A stretch of 64,000 nt of DNA, from positions 15,501 to 79,500 of IMG/VR virus record IMGVR_UViG_3300032282_005033. One strand, written 5' to 3'. Both the position numbers and the translations under genes were made by a program. Below the pieces are notes generated by a model. That model saw only the letters and a list, made by a program, of their open reading frames with translations, did no database searches and was not told the origin of the DNA. The stretch comes from a virus. Of this stretch, positions 23,301 to 33,800 are shown one piece after another (the first letter of the stretch is position 1; each line of letters starts with the position of its first letter).

Positions 23301-25387
23301 CTTTGTGAACTAAGGTACAATTCCCATTTTTTAGCTATTAGAGCATTGGTTGCTTCTGGCGTTGTAAGGACTGGTGCTTGCACATCGTTTGGCGATTTTC
23401 TATTTTTTAAATAGTCTATTGATTGTGTATTAAGTGGTGCGTGCAGTACCTCTGAACAATAATTTATATAACTGATTACTGCTGCATCATATACTTGCTC
23501 ATAAGTGGTTTTTGAGTTTGCACCAGCCAAAGCAACTTCGACAACCCTTGCTACCTGATCTCTTGTTTTTAGTGTTATTTCTTGATTTAAGCTATTGATT
23601 ATAACCGTATCTAAAGATCTATATTTTCCAAAATCTAATAATGTAATACCAAATTGACCCATTAAATTATCCCAAAGAGATCTGCTACTTTGCGTTATTG
23701 CAGCTTCTTCTTCACTTCTAAACATAGAAACATCTGGACTATAAATTTTTGATTGAACAGATTCAGGTATATAGAGAGTTATTCCGTTTCCGTTTACCCA
23801 ATCATTCATTACGTTAGTTGTTAAAACTCCATTATTGTATGGAATTTTATCTTCATATGAAGATCCGTAAGGTGAGTTAACTATTGTGTCGTATCCATTT
23901 TCTAAACTTGGATCTGTTGTAACTCCAGTTGTAACTGCCGTCTTACCTTCAACTGTATTCATCAAAAACTCTGAGTTAACTGAATTAGCCAATGATCCAG
24001 CTGCTTTGCCCATATATTGCCTATATTTACCCCAATTAACTGCTTGGTTAAAATCGTTAATCATAGGAAGAAAAGGTTTATGATTAAATTGGAAAAGTTC
24101 CAAATCTACTTCTAGGGTAAATGGATAATTTGGAACTGTAGAAATAGTCATTGAAGATAACGCTACGCCAGTTATATTAAAAACAGAATTTAAATAATGA
24201 TTTTTTATTGGAAGAATTGGAGAATATTTAAAAGCTGCAACAAGTCCCCTTAAAGAAGATATAAATTTATCTATCTTTTTTTCATGTTCTGGATCTTTAA
24301 AATCAATATAAAAATTTGATTGCAAGCTTATCTTTGTTGCGTCATCTACTGTAATGCCCCAAATTTCTTCATAGTTTGGAAAAAATAATTTTAAGTTAAT
24401 TGTTGTATCTCTGTAACCAGAATTAAATTTAGGAGAAGCTTTTTGTCTGATAGCCCCACCTGTTAAACTTCCAGTTTTAAATCCTGTGTTAACACTAATT
24501 GAAATTGGAGGTACGTAAAAATTTGCGGCACCTAAACGCAAATGAAATATATCTGGGTTAACCGGAGGAGCACTGTTGACGTTTCTTATCTTTGCATCTG
24601 CCTCGAGAATTCTTTGTGCTGTTGATAAATTTTCTTTAGCCCAAATTGCTTTAAAAGTTGCTTTACCATTTTGGTCTGTACCAAAAGCTTTAAACAAACT
24701 TTCAAGCATCTGACTACTGTCATTTAACGGATCTTCAGTACCACTATACCCTGCGGTTGCAGCAAGTGCGGTTATATACAGTCTATAAAGATTAGGAAAA
24801 AATTTATATACAGTAGCTAAAGCAACTGGATCTGCAAAAAAATAATCCTTTGCTTGGTTAAGTTTTTGCATCCACATTGTATCTCTTACGGGATCGGCAT
24901 ATTCAGTTGCAGATTTTCTTAGTGTGTCTGCTTCCTGAAACCTGAGACGAGCAAATTCTCTTATTCCTCCAGCCATTTCTGCCAAAGACAATAGTCCAGA
25001 CTGGTATATTTTTTCAAAAATTAGATTTCTATTTTTTTCATCTTCTAAAAATGATCTTTCAGATTTTCTAAAACTTGTTAAATATTTTGTAAAACCATCA
25101 TTTAATGCATCTCTAGACGTGCCCCAACCACGCAAATTTTTGTTTACTTCATCAGAAGAACCATCTAAACCAAAATCTCTTCCAGCTTCAGGTATTAAAA
25201 ATAATGGACTGATTGCTACTTTCGTTGAGTCACCGATAAAGTCAAAGAAGTTTGCTGCCTTAGAAAGGAAAGATCTATCGCTTCCCATTTCTCCAAACAA
25301 AGAACTGATTGGAGCTAGATCAGAATCGGCGTACAGGTTCTGTGAGGCTTCGTTTCCAGTTATGTCTATTTCATTTTCTGATGCCAT
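14396..25387 (-). CDS. Giant (3663 aa) baseplate hub-like virion protein with an internal DPBB-like domain and a C-terminal SNase-like nuclease domain
   Basis: Hub (gp27/gpD-like) motifs LKPGVRVHLRAGYGSNPNSLQTVFNGVI and GEIIVIGNTDIRPHDLVYL...FEVEQVVHHFTPETGFITSI. SNase motifs VRDGDTF, IRFDGINTAE and LNWELVVNNLARVY. Confidence 0.7.
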   Translation of the reverse strand: MASENEIDITGNEASQNLYADSDLAPISSLFGEMGSDRSFLSKAANFFDFIGDSTKVAISPLFLIPEAGRDFGLDGSSDEVNKNLRGWGTSRDALNDGFTKYLTSFRKSERSFLEDEKNRNLIFEKIYQSGLLSLAEMAGGIREFARLRFQEADTLRKSATEYADPVRDTMWMQKLNQAKDYFFADPVALATVYKFFPNLYRLYITALAATAGYSGTEDPLNDSSQMLESLFKAFGTDQNGKATFKAIWAKENLSTAQRILEADAKIRNVNSAPPVNPDIFHLRLGAANFYVPPISISVNTGFKTGSLTGGAIRQKASPKFNSGYRDTTINLKLFFPNYEEIWGITVDDATKISLQSNFYIDFKDPEHEKKIDKFISSLRGLVAAFKYSPILPIKNHYLNSVFNITGVALSSMTISTVPNYPFTLEVDLELFQFNHKPFLPMINDFNQAVNWGKYRQYMGKAAGSLANSVNSEFLMNTVEGKTAVTTGVTTDPSLENGYDTIVNSPYGSSYEDKIPYNNGVLTTNVMNDWVNGNGITLYIPESVQSKIYSPDVSMFRSEEEAAITQSSRSLWDNLMGQFGITLLDFGKYRSLDTVIINSLNQEITLKTRDQVARVVEVALAGANSKTTYEQVYDAAVISYINYCSEVLHAPLNTQSIDYLKNRKSPNDVQAPVLTTPEATNALIAKKWELYLSSQSVDGLLSQSITNNVEAILRKRKVDIIDKTSKEWISLHAVEEKKFMDAFTILLYERTFKDEGIKSLLGQAAIKQSNQLGLPAFTIKEWEVPMMKVDLDPNSVIVNSVSLSMGNNLAKMQLQMQEEPTFQHIGSKDTMISISLTVFGEKELTKIKKMFDFLSGLARLEHAAGVIGFMGIKNIITALSGVKYVLPISFTVDTVPGYPHVYNVNLMLADFDIFQQKRENISSEQQIDFIKTFGTKRNPFLRLKQRWDMINAYPDMPLSVVDPDTKLVVGSMDPDYYFRSFEMFDNDVVNSIVEPHQYTIPTGEWQDEKTHLNDRGKSYVYFVKKMLIESSGDYNAVKKYLIDDEKLPAAEAMKIFRIAIFDQQSEPEFQTDLQSSRFIANKYPTLWKDMIDSFQSDEDIDYKFEDIKFNTRYGDFKIGDLVSGSKEEMDKFNKLITLDTEKDKNELPSFDPDDVDHFGVMHLIPAADSGTTDKIPAIYQTPDGGYVMGYSNKKDGRFYIAQDFLRLSSDGKLTPTSQVTKISDTQAPERDSQVSHTGVVGAASLSQTTHAYGSDQTDKMQSVQSAGTHKGVAKHWQKMMLDTQYRDTTGRMLRAFPTYMLWLIDDSNYFAGVKLFDNFYGLQSIIDFSIVQSEDILGDTLVLRLSNTYSKLSRPEATISSIVDLNGELTQNIGTGSLNTVNLSSGTAQIIDTLITRSMNIKSHMSSKYVTEIDHIRLKPGVRVHLRAGYGSNPNSLQTVFNGVIAEVEHGEIMTITAQSDAVELSPIINSTKKKGDSGKIDGGINTGLWMSEPRDLMVRLLSMGASRMREAFSHATRGAVFSENKFGIRHFGSILYAPLTPEEQAKHDQYRQSVINAFNAIGNNPISGSVGLAWNSAANLITGGALIAGSSSLAMTTAGLSPGIGGNVGMESAGGSVRTPVVGAMQSLWGNFSTQRDLEIFKRNIYPGNGVGVAQFLGGDLDDGWATMASIDISSVDQEKFGYLNRLSNDTWSNLIDQSSKPGGLDASVVLDQATSQNKLVNSSHSIGLSKVISGGISGAVGSYNPLAGMFLGVGLLKSLNGRGASNIMKTLGLMSDSDDDIYDEVSFRAQTYMRSVWDMFQMCAKLLPNYIVAVRPFEDRSTIFYGKPHWLYTSGVFPVSTGFPNEEQAKKEGSTIPGYIEPDDSLQKILLSVNKEMTPNADALASLQNKESSISEDIANISKDMINMSGVFKAGRKLKGRIINFSDKGRNAYYEYGKVKSRLPVNKGKVQVGFHLPFNKAGTGIDMSIQQDHQQIPMLPIRFSYPFFTNRVSGTLPSLDFDKIVHGAKQENLIQSVASLVKVSLIDKNLVIKDKDTEKTALVSQKPGDDEPTLDFNFNFAAKLPLMGIQDILINQAAFDPSGIYDPKAGLGQINASQTVRMPVPFADFANAGDIDGAIGESVYLNEKFTKYFDDLDPAYQLSNSRFPSLSINFTEWGMPKNADDEQFYIAMRWPYDPTSESSIKAREALSPTWPGAKSKAVDLPVGPDARRDTLKKFLNMYNIREEDLAGSPEDYKKRKVLVYNPEKKTAVVCTPAYFLWGKTEADGSGSNKIDAIISPDAAYFLGLLINDKGQILSPLENIGVVSSAAGKEMGGPEVSNSTNDQWAQLGMAEKNLTECMFTFVDDSTPVGVVTSQFNPSNRFSYDKNISEDTMLIGFGAFKAAEDNTTLSDIAYNQWGGLTGTVLPAKMASATAGVDTRMGGKENLQSGVIIKNEFTYDDVLAIKTDIDWAKEWELGGNYLQYYSTVMDGDLNDLAQDKLLDKVKDDRKNKKFDNFASVYDVTDNISVIARGYYDENFDSKTKTIAGNGRTVKEAEEIWDQFRYGYHNYDSVKNIFQTIFQLDPDDNEPSNDALFQLLSKGKTDVLEEFGADPRSNEFSTLLGADWTSTLNAQTAAKQSAVNIAVTEYVDAGYVIDENTGQRVLNQDAGLVDLYNELIVRKVKAISNLVENSLKSYEYSTYNEPGASANKHNEDAQKMLAKIDTPKKLYLMMVGLFRQKLWKDPYSRAWLVLRPDKKRFNPSGTTQFVMGTMPVLAPVVAGFNIGNDENDQWSFRPVDKIWAAFIDYKAEYSTSDSKLKSLLQKNAHEGNGSSNWIQGVAEDANNFWNRNIGPIYHAFTASLGNLLNMFRMSMAQMGYGLNELENFTKQANILNKAYNDSIYYSLGRPGTLLRAVDNPFTREYGEPVVEVREPFQRLHYISSFTHILSNNIKENTGGIATQITAVSDGKYPVTVSLDKSAPPEKQVEKTVETGLYFDNVKGEGVWGILHPIFHPLQTARGIAKAASGDPDELSARRVALAHLKESLKDIYDGEIIVIGNTDIRPHDLVYLADVYERMYGIFEVEQVVHHFTPETGFITSIKPNAFVTVNDPARWFMSSWIASRFSMQNLRNDTRMLLSSKSNNPLTTMTGEVSVDHLSDLLKDQMMGGIQYTHGHSALLKDIQANQVADTMPEGSAKIKEMIKASTGNQGNQAGAAIVAGIVMPVVTAAATIATMPAGPIVSGMVAGAGALLTDAAWGAWKWVRDNVLDQHGCYIQYLSKNGQAMDAGLSNFQGMVVGRASTKRLLPKALGIKTNVKSESGYAWIRSDDLLKSLGWKEKQISNLVRYTSLENAIVHAELLKYSGLGPEKTGLNQYFKTIVRVTHVRDGDTFEVVDVLGNIKEPYAIRFDGINTAELDKITVSQDIAVVDPQSSASKALVFTNERVYNKLIALRINPNRPDMILTADDLEAGATKNNIANYSIAREPNASNYSEHRYMGTVFYKTDPNSKQNIINKLKSIFLAIPEGTSDSILYVKDKAKELINPASVISTRFDTLYLEYDNLLKTTSVNYQNGKYSEYLEIDPEHLPETGDPLGKLTQLELRSFDVLVNLLILEKVYDKASEWPVVSWDEYYDDGSPITLNWELVVNNLARVYTETLNYISGPALNSSLNPELVKVNPT

Positions 25388-25390
25388 ACT

Positions 25391-25846
25391 TTACCTAAAC
25401 ATGTCGTCTGTTTTGAGGTGTTCACTTAATATATTAGCTGAACTATTTTTATTAAATGTAGAACTGTAATTGTTAATTATACCACTTTTTTTACTATTAT
25501 TTCCTAGTTTATTAGCTATATCTTGTCTTGCTGCTGGACGAACAGATTCTTTTTTATATCTAGCTTTTTGAATTGCTTCATTATCATAACCCTGCCCTTC
25601 CATTTGAATTGGAACAGTAACCTGATCCATTAAACCTTCTTTAGAACCCCTTACTGGATCTGATTTACTTTCTGATAAAACTGACCTAGAAGAATTGGTC
25701 ATGTTATTTTTTTCATGGCCATCACTTTTACTTGTTGCAATTCTGGCTGAAAAAGCATTGGCTGTTTTAGTTCTTGGGGATGTGTCTATCCTTTTTTGAG
25801 CAGCTTCTTTTAAATTTTTATTCTGTTGATCTGCACCAAAAATCAT
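25391..25846 (-). CDS. Hypothetical basic, low-complexity protein (151 aa)
   Basis: Tightly packed ORF within the operon; no recognisable motif. Confidence 0.6.
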   Translation of the reverse strand: MIFGADQQNKNLKEAAQKRIDTSPRTKTANAFSARIATSKSDGHEKNNMTNSSRSVLSESKSDPVRGSKEGLMDQVTVPIQMEGQGYDNEAIQKARYKKESVRPAARQDIANKLGNNSKKSGIINNYSSTFNKNSSANILSEHLKTDDMFR

Positions 25847-25857
25847 TTATTACACAC

Positions 25858-28800
25858 CTAAAAGCTAGAGGCCACTCGGGAATACGGGTCTTGACCGAGT
25901 CTGGGCAATCCATTATACATAGTACTGTTTATTTGTGCATCACTAACACCTCCAATTAAACCTCTTAGTCTTTCAATGTCTTGAGGAGAGCCTGATGTAT
26001 TTACCTGATATTGCATTTGCCCTTCTTGATTATTTGCTTGAACTTGTTGAGTAATTGCTTGTCTGGTTGGATAGTTTGTTTCATATGGGTTTCCTCCTGG
26101 CATCATGGGGGGTCCAGAAACATCTCCTTTTGTAAAATCTTTTTTCTTTTTAGACTGGTACATAAAGCTTCCAGCTATTGTCATCAAAGCAGCTGCCCCA
26201 ACTTGTTTAGAGACAGGATTTGAAAATAATTCTTTTAAAGCTCCATTTTTAAAAGACTCTGCTACTCTTTTGTACGGATTGCGAGCTTTTGATACTAGCG
26301 AAGACATGCCAAAATTTTCTGCTGCTTGTTTTAATTCTTCACCGAGTGCTTTTGTACCAGCTGTTGAAGTAGAAAGTAAAGTATCAGATATTTCTTTTGC
26401 TTTTTCTTCTAGTTCAGACACGATTCTACTACGGTTTAAGGCTGCAAAAGCTTGTTCTCCAGCACCTTCTCCATAGGTAGTTGAATCCACTCTGCCAGAA
26501 AGTCTATTCATAAAATTCATGATTTCTTCTGGTATTGATTTAGCACTAGGTGTTCCAGCATCTCTTTCGGCATCCGCTAAAAACTGCTTTGCTTGTTCCG
26601 CAGTTAATGACATAATATCCGCACTACTATCTCCAGTATGGTCCCTATATGATTGCTTGAGTAAGTCAATAGCATCTAAATTTGTCGCATGCCCTCTCAA
26701 TCTTCTTCTATTTCCAGCTAATGAAGCTAGAGTTATGCCAGTATGCTCGATGCCTTCTGGTCCGCATCGCATCCATTATGCTTAACGACTGCTTGCCATG
26801 TATTTTTACCATTTCAGACTGCAAAGTATCAACAATATCTAATATTGATCCAGTTCCAGTTGGATGTGATTCTTGAATTGCAGCTACACCCTGCATCAAT
26901 CTTTCATTAATATCTATTTGTATTGCACTTATATTTATTTGTGCTTCTTGACTTGGTACTGCTATTTGTTTTAATTCTTTTAATTTTCCAAACAGACCTT
27001 GCATTTCTTCACCTTGCAAAAGTGTTTGCGCCTGAATTCTGTAAGCTGAGTGTCCGACTATAACTTGTTGGCCAGACACCTTACCCGTTAAAGTTTCCCA
27101 AGACTGAACCCTTGCATTCACGGCTTTTGCTTCTTGCGCAATTCTTGTTGTTGCACCCGCAACGCTTGCAAATCTTTTCGAACCTTCTTTTATTGCAACT
27201 GTTTCAAAAAAAGATTTATCTGACATAGATCTTAATTTTGCTAAATGTTTTCTTATTGCGTTTCTTTGTGCTGAAGTTAATGATCTATCTGCTGCAGCAT
27301 CTTGTAAACCGGCTTCTACGTTGGCCCTTATTCTGCCACGATCACCTGGTATTCGTGTTCTGGTTGCTAAGATTGTAGGGTCAATGCCAACTAATTCATT
27401 TAATGATTCTCCATTTGCTAATTGGATTCCCATTGTTCTTCCAAAAAATCTAGACTGAGCAGAAAGAGCAGCAGCTGAAGCATCTGCTGTAGTAAAGTTA
27501 CTTAATGTCCTTGCTGTAACCATTGTTGCTCCATCAATTTCAGAATTTCTGTCATTGACTGCTTGAGCTATAGCCCTATACGCTCCTACTATTTTTTTTT
27601 GCTCTAGGTATGATTTTCCCTTTATTGCCTCTTGTAAAGGGACTACTTTGCTTGAAGATATTTGATTAATTAAGTCAACATAATCCGAAGGAGGTATAAT
27701 TCCAGCTCCATATCCTGCTTCTAACCTATTTAGGTAAGCACTTGTTGCAGAATCTGCGGTTAATCTTAGGTTATTCATTACTTCTTGAGTTTGTAATGAA
27801 AGGTGCGCAACAACAGAAGTCCTATTAGACGCTGCTCCTATACTTCCTTCAGCTGGTTTTATATTTTCAATTCCCAATTTTGTACTTAACTTTTGAAAAA
27901 CCGTTTGTTGCATTGCTTCTGTATTAACACCTGGTATAGCAGTTCCAGTGAGAAATCCTTCTAGTTGGCTTTCTGTTGCTGTAATTCCTTGCAAGTTTAA
28001 TTCTTCTCTTAATACATCTTTGAATTGTGAAGCGACTTCCGGCACATCTGTTTCAATCCCCAATTCAACAAAATTACCTGCTGTATATTGCGCACCTTTT
28101 TCTGCAGTTAGGTTTTCTAATACTTGAACAGTTTGTCCATTTCTAATAACATTTCTTCCCCTAACTGAAGCGGATTGTAAACGCGCAGCTTGTTCTAATA
28201 TGGAAGAATTAAATTCAGGAAGGCTAGTTCCACCCAATCTTTGTTCTGCGGCTAATCTTAAGAATGTTTCAGATGCAACTTCTTCTTCTTCTGTATTTAC
28301 AAAAGAAATATTTCTTCCACCTTTATTAGTGTATTTTCCTTTTCTTATGTTTAATGCTTGTTGCATGTCTTCAAAAACTTGTCTACCAGTTTCTTCATCC
28401 ACTCCTTGTCTTCTTAATTCTTCTATTATTTCTGGGTTTAATTCTTGTTGAAAAAACATATGCGCTGCGTTTGGATTTGATGCTTCTCCTACCAGGCCTT
28501 GTAGCGTTCTAGCATCTCCAAATTCAGGTCTTAACAAAAGTGATTCTTCTGGACCTTGAGGGTCTCTTTTTAAAGTAAACCCAATTCTTGTTCTTCCCTC
28601 GTCATCCTTAAATGTTTGCATTAACGCTAGACCGGTGTCATCCAAGTCAAAAGTTCCTTCTGATGCTTTGTATATGGCTGCATTAGTGCCAGATATTGTT
28701 ATTATTTTTTTATTTGAAGTAAATGAAACAAACGGGATTTTCCCATAACGTGTTTCTATAACAGAATGACCTTGCAAATTAGCGCGTGTTGGAGCTGTTG

Positions 28801-30863
28801 TTAATTGAGATTCGTATGTTCTCAATTTGACTCTAGTCATATCAGGTATTGCTAGAGCAGCTTCCCCTTGTTTTTCTCTTGCCACTTCAGTTCCATAATA
28901 TGTAACCATTTCATTCATTAAGCCAGGAATTCTTCTTGGATCTTCGTTTTGCATTATACCCCTGTGTAGTTGAGCTATATGTAATCTTCTTCTTTCTAAT
29001 TTAGCTCTTGCTTCTGGCGATAATAAAGTAAGGTTGATTGAACCGGGGGTTCCCTCAACTAATCCAAAAGCTTCAGCTTGAGTAAGTATGCTTTTTTTAA
29101 AATCTTCTGGAAGAATTCCGGTTTCAAGAGCTTGATCGATTTGGGCTTTGTGCTGCACAACGTTTTGTTCAATTCTTGCCATTAATTCTGGATTAGAATA
29201 TAATTCTGGATCAGACATTATTCCCATTGTGTTTGTATAAACAATGCTTTCCCCACCACCAGAAACATCTAATGTAATACCTGGAATCGAACCAACTTCT
29301 TTTTTTAATGCTGATTCGGGCATAAATGCCAAATATTTTTCTCCTTCTTCATGTGCGGCTAAATATACTCTCATTATTTCTAATTCTTCTTGTTGGGATT
29401 TGCTTAATTTAGTATAGCCTTCTAATTGTTTTACTCTTGCTTTCATTTTTCCTACATTTATACCCGCTATATTTTGCACTACATCTTCTGCAACAGCCTC
29501 ACCTTTTGCGGTTCCTGCACCTGTTACAAATCTTGAGGGCGCACTTGTCCCAGTTAATGCGAATTGTTCTGCGTTAACAGCTTCGGTTTCTAGCTCTCTT
29601 AATTCTTGTAGTTCTTCAGTTGATATATTGCCTCTTAATTCAAGTTCTTCTTTTCTATTTTTAAATTGTGTTCTTTTAAATTTTGCCAACCTCATCATTG
29701 CTGGTTTATTATAGACATACGCACCGTCAGCATAGGTTTCTAAATTATCGCCCAATCTACCTATCATTTCGCTATATTCTGGCACTGCAGTTCTTCCAGC
29801 AGATATTTCTTTTAACAGTTCCATAACAGACTCTGTTCTACCACCAGATTTACGTCTAACTGCTTCTTCTAAATCTTCTTTTAAAAATCCTGAAATGTTT
29901 TGCGTGTCAAGATCTTCGCCAAGTGCACTATAAAAACCCGATGTTGTTAGTATGTTTTCAAGAGCTTCTCCTTGAGTTAAAAATGCCCCGGTTCTTTGCC
30001 TTCCACCTGAGGCTGAAACAAAAACTTTTTCTAAAGGAGTTAAGCTTGTATCTTTACCAGCAACTCTTAGTAGAAGTTCTTCCGGAGAATATTTGTAAAC
30101 AGTTTGACCAACATTAGTTATCCCTAAAGCTGATTGTATTTCTTCTTCGGTAAAAGAAAGTGATTTTGGAGATAATTCGCTTTGAAGTCTTTTTGAAACT
30201 TTTGATATACTTTTAGAAATTTTTCCTAATGATTTGGCTTTTTGAGCATCTGTACCAGTTAAAGAAGTCTTAATATGCCCAAAAAGTTCTTCTATAAAAG
30301 GTTGAGTAAATGTTCCTGCACCAGCCAAAGTCCTTAAAACGTTTTGTTGATATAAATTTAAAGACTCTTCTGATCCTGCGACTTGCAAACCAAAAACTTG
30401 AAGACCTTCTCTAGTAACATTTTCTAAACCAGGAAATTTTTTTATATAGGGAGAATTTTGTCTTAAATTATTTAAATTTGTTGTATTATTTTCCCAGTTA
30501 AATATAGCCAATGTTCCGCTGAACTTGTTTTCCTATTAAATGACCTAGCCCGTTTCTTCTTAAATCATCTCCGGACGCATTTCTTAGATACTGATTAACA
30601 GCCGATACTTGAGATTCAAGTATTCCAGCTCCTGTGGATTGGCTGACTGATGTTCTTTTTCCTCCTGGAAAAAATTGTCTGAAATCAACAAGGTTTTCTT
30701 GTTCAACAGCACTTGTTGCTTCGGTAAGTCCATCATAAAAAATTCCTGTAGCTTTATTTAATACTCTGCCATCATCTTCTATGCTTAAGAGTTTATACGC
30801 ACCTGATCTACTCTTAAGGGCTAATCTTAAAGCTCTTACTGATGGATTAATTGAACTAGCCAT
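25858..30863 (-). CDS. ~1667-aa protein (three track ORFs joined by two CGG-A frame changes); candidate single-chain two-barrel (YonO/RdRP-like) RNA polymerase
   Basis: Joins are LIGKQVQ-GTLAIFNW (30518) and IMDAM-GPEGIEH (26764). Motifs in order: YADGAYVY, RFVTGAGTAKG, PESALKK, GTFDLDD, RDPQ, IGAASN, SDYVD. Confidence 0.55.
26761..26764 (-). other. +1 frame-change site 4 (AUG CGG A)
   Basis: In-frame CGG. The +1 frame has TAA ~5 codons upstream and the 0 frame stops 18 codons later. Confidence 0.85.
30515..30518 (-). other. +1 frame-change site 5 (CAG CGG A)
   Basis: In-frame CGG at codon 116. The +1 frame has TAG ~6 codons upstream and the 0 frame stops 6 codons later. Confidence 0.85.
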
Positions 30864-30864
30864 T

Positions 30865-33800
30865 TTAGAATACTCCTGCAGATATGTTTATAGATGATCT
30901 ACCGCCAGTATTCATCACTGGAGAAACTGACCCAGATATTCCATTTCTGGACATTAACATCCTTAGCCTTGCCGCAATGTTTTTTGGCTTTTCTTCTTTT
31001 TCATAATCTGGATAACTAGCGTTTATTAAATTAGCTTCTCTAATCTGTTGTGGATAGTAACCCATTTGAGACATATTAATTCCCATTGAGTCTCCAACTT
31101 TTATTTTTATTGATTCCATACTTGTATTAGGGTGCCAACCTTCCCAGCTCATATTAGGTAGTTCGTGTCTAGAAAAATACTCAATTAAATCTGGTTTTTT
31201 TTCTACCGGCATTCCCCATGCTGCTTCAAAAATTCTTCTTTCCAATCTTGGAGCAGTGGACAATATACTTGCCCTTTCTTGTTCTGGGGCATTTATCATT
31301 GCTTTAAAGTGTTCTCTTTTTCTTTTTGGTATAGCTAAAGCTAATGTATCTATTGGAGAACCATAGATATCTGCTCCGTACATAGTTCTCTTAGAGGCTT
31401 GTTCAAATTGGTTTGCTGCCTGCATGTCGCCAGCTTGATTTGCTTCTAGGGCAAGTGATTTATTTTTTACAAAGGTCAACATGTCCATGTATTCTTCTAG
31501 GGCAAGTTGTTTTCTTCTATCTTTAGGAATAAATCTTTCATTAGTAACTGCTTGGTGCGCCTTAGCATAGCTTGCATAGGTCACGCCAGTTGTAAAACCA
31601 ATTAATGAACCAACTGCTTTTGTGGTAGCTGTCTTTCCGAATAATGAACCAGCACCAGCTGCAATCAATCCTGCTGTTATTGGATTTCTTTGTGTTGCTT
31701 TATTATATATTGGTTTAATAAAGCTATCTATTGGCCTCTTCCATTCAACAAATGATGTGCCATAAACATTTCTTCTTTCCCAATCTTCTTGAGCTGTTCT
31801 ATTTGGAAAAAATTTATTATTGATAAATGTATCTCTATGTGCTAAATACTCACCAAAATTTGCAACAACTTTAGCAGAATTTTTAATTCCAAGTTCTTTT
31901 GCGCTAGTATATTTATATTTGTATGGAGTAAAATCATTTTTTTGTGTTGTTTGGGCAACTTGATCTCTTATTTTTTGAGTTTCTACCCTATCGCCTGGAT
32001 CCAATCCCCCCATACCCAATTGTCTATCAAGTGCTCTATATTGCCTGGAATAAGGTGCAACATCTCCAAGAATTTTTAATTGTGTTATTGGATCATTATA
32101 ATTTGTTCTTGTTGGGTTTAATCTTTCAAATGCTACACCCGGAAGTCTTAATTCTCCTTCTTGTACTTTTGAAAATGGATCACCAGTTTTGAAATTTATA
32201 AAATAATCTGAACCTGGTAGAAATGGGTGCTTAAGCCCCACTGTATTTGGTATATCATTGATATAAGATATATCATTTCTTCTCTTTGGTATAAATCTTC
32301 TTGTTATTTCCGATAATTCTAATCCACCTAATGCACCTGGTGTATCGCCAAGACCTCCAAGATTTAAATCCCAAAACGCTCTAGTAGTACCATAGGCCCT
32401 GTCAGCAGATTCTAGTACTGCTCTGTTTGGTTGAAAATCTTTTTGCCCATATCCAAAAGTTTCTCTAAGAGAAGAAAAACCAAATCCATATATACCAGAC
32501 ATTTCTTGAACTCTATAACCAAGTTCTGATCTTTGCATTTTTCCACCAGATTCATTTATTGGTTTACCAGATGGAACTATTCTTGGCGGTATATATCCTG
32601 GCACTGGTGGTGGGCCATATTGCCCAGCTTGTACATATCCTTGGTTATAAGAAGAGATAGTATTGAAAGATATATTTCTTGCTGTGTGTAAATTATTTTT
32701 TGCTCCACGAGAAAGTTTTTGGTTATATGCTCCTATTTGATATCCTGCAACTTGAGACGAACCGTAGCCACCACCCATCCCATAGCCGAATCCACCACCG
32801 GCACCACTGCCCCCAGTTGCAATATAAGCTCCTGGTTGTCCAGCGTTTATATTTACTTTTCCAGAACTTAATAAACCACTTGGATCATAAGCGCCTTGCA
32901 TTCCTGCTGGAACATAATTTGCCAATGCATTTGAGGTTGCATTGGTATGCATTCTTATGTTTGGTTTTAGTATTTTCCCAACCGTGGCGTTGAGTAATGG
33001 CACAGCTGGACCAAAAGGCCCAGTAAAATAATTACCAGTTACTGGGTAAGGTCTATCCTCATAATGCTTTCTTTCAAACCTATATGGATCAAACGGTCTT
33101 AACGGAGAAAAGTCATAACCAAAAGCAAATTTCTCTAATGGTGTTCCATAAGAGTCTGATGTATATTGGGAACCAGACTGCATTCTCCTGTAGTATGACG
33201 GTCTATAATAAAGAACTTTACCACCTTTAAATGGGGTAATGCCCAAAGGCCAGTATCTACCTTGTCTTACTGGAACTTCTCCATTTAATAATTGTTCTTT
33301 TGTTTCTCCATAATTTTGCCCACCAGGAATTATACCTGCCATTATGGACTGTGCTTCAACTATACCTCTTGCTATTTTTGTTCCAAAATACGGAGAATAT
33401 ACTCTCTGTCCCCTGGCGTCTTTTTTGCGTGTAAATCCACCAATTGTTCTATCTGCAGTGATTAATGCAGCTGCTCCAACTGCAATCGGCAGTGCTCTCT
33501 TGCCAATTAAACCTAAACCATATTGATTTAATGGACCGCTATAATCATTGGACAATCCAAGCCCAACCATTCCAAGGCCTCTATTCAATCTGTCAACTAA
33601 GTGAATTGCTGGTATAGACGCCGCACTAAATGTTGACGGGCTAGAATAACTATTCGCACCTATTACACTTCCAAATACTCCAGCTGTTGTGACTTGGCCT
33701 CTTGCTCTCCTTTCTAGAACGGTGCCAAATGTAGGAACAAAAGTCGTTCCGGCATTGCCTAATTCATTTTGTGTTAATTCACCAACTTGGTATGGTGCTG

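Noticed and set aside
8100-30863. Interpreting the split ORFs as decayed pseudogenes or as independent small genes
   Set aside because: There are no other lesions, the identical C-GGA signature is at every break, downstream fragments mostly lack credible starts, and several products look essential for the virion.
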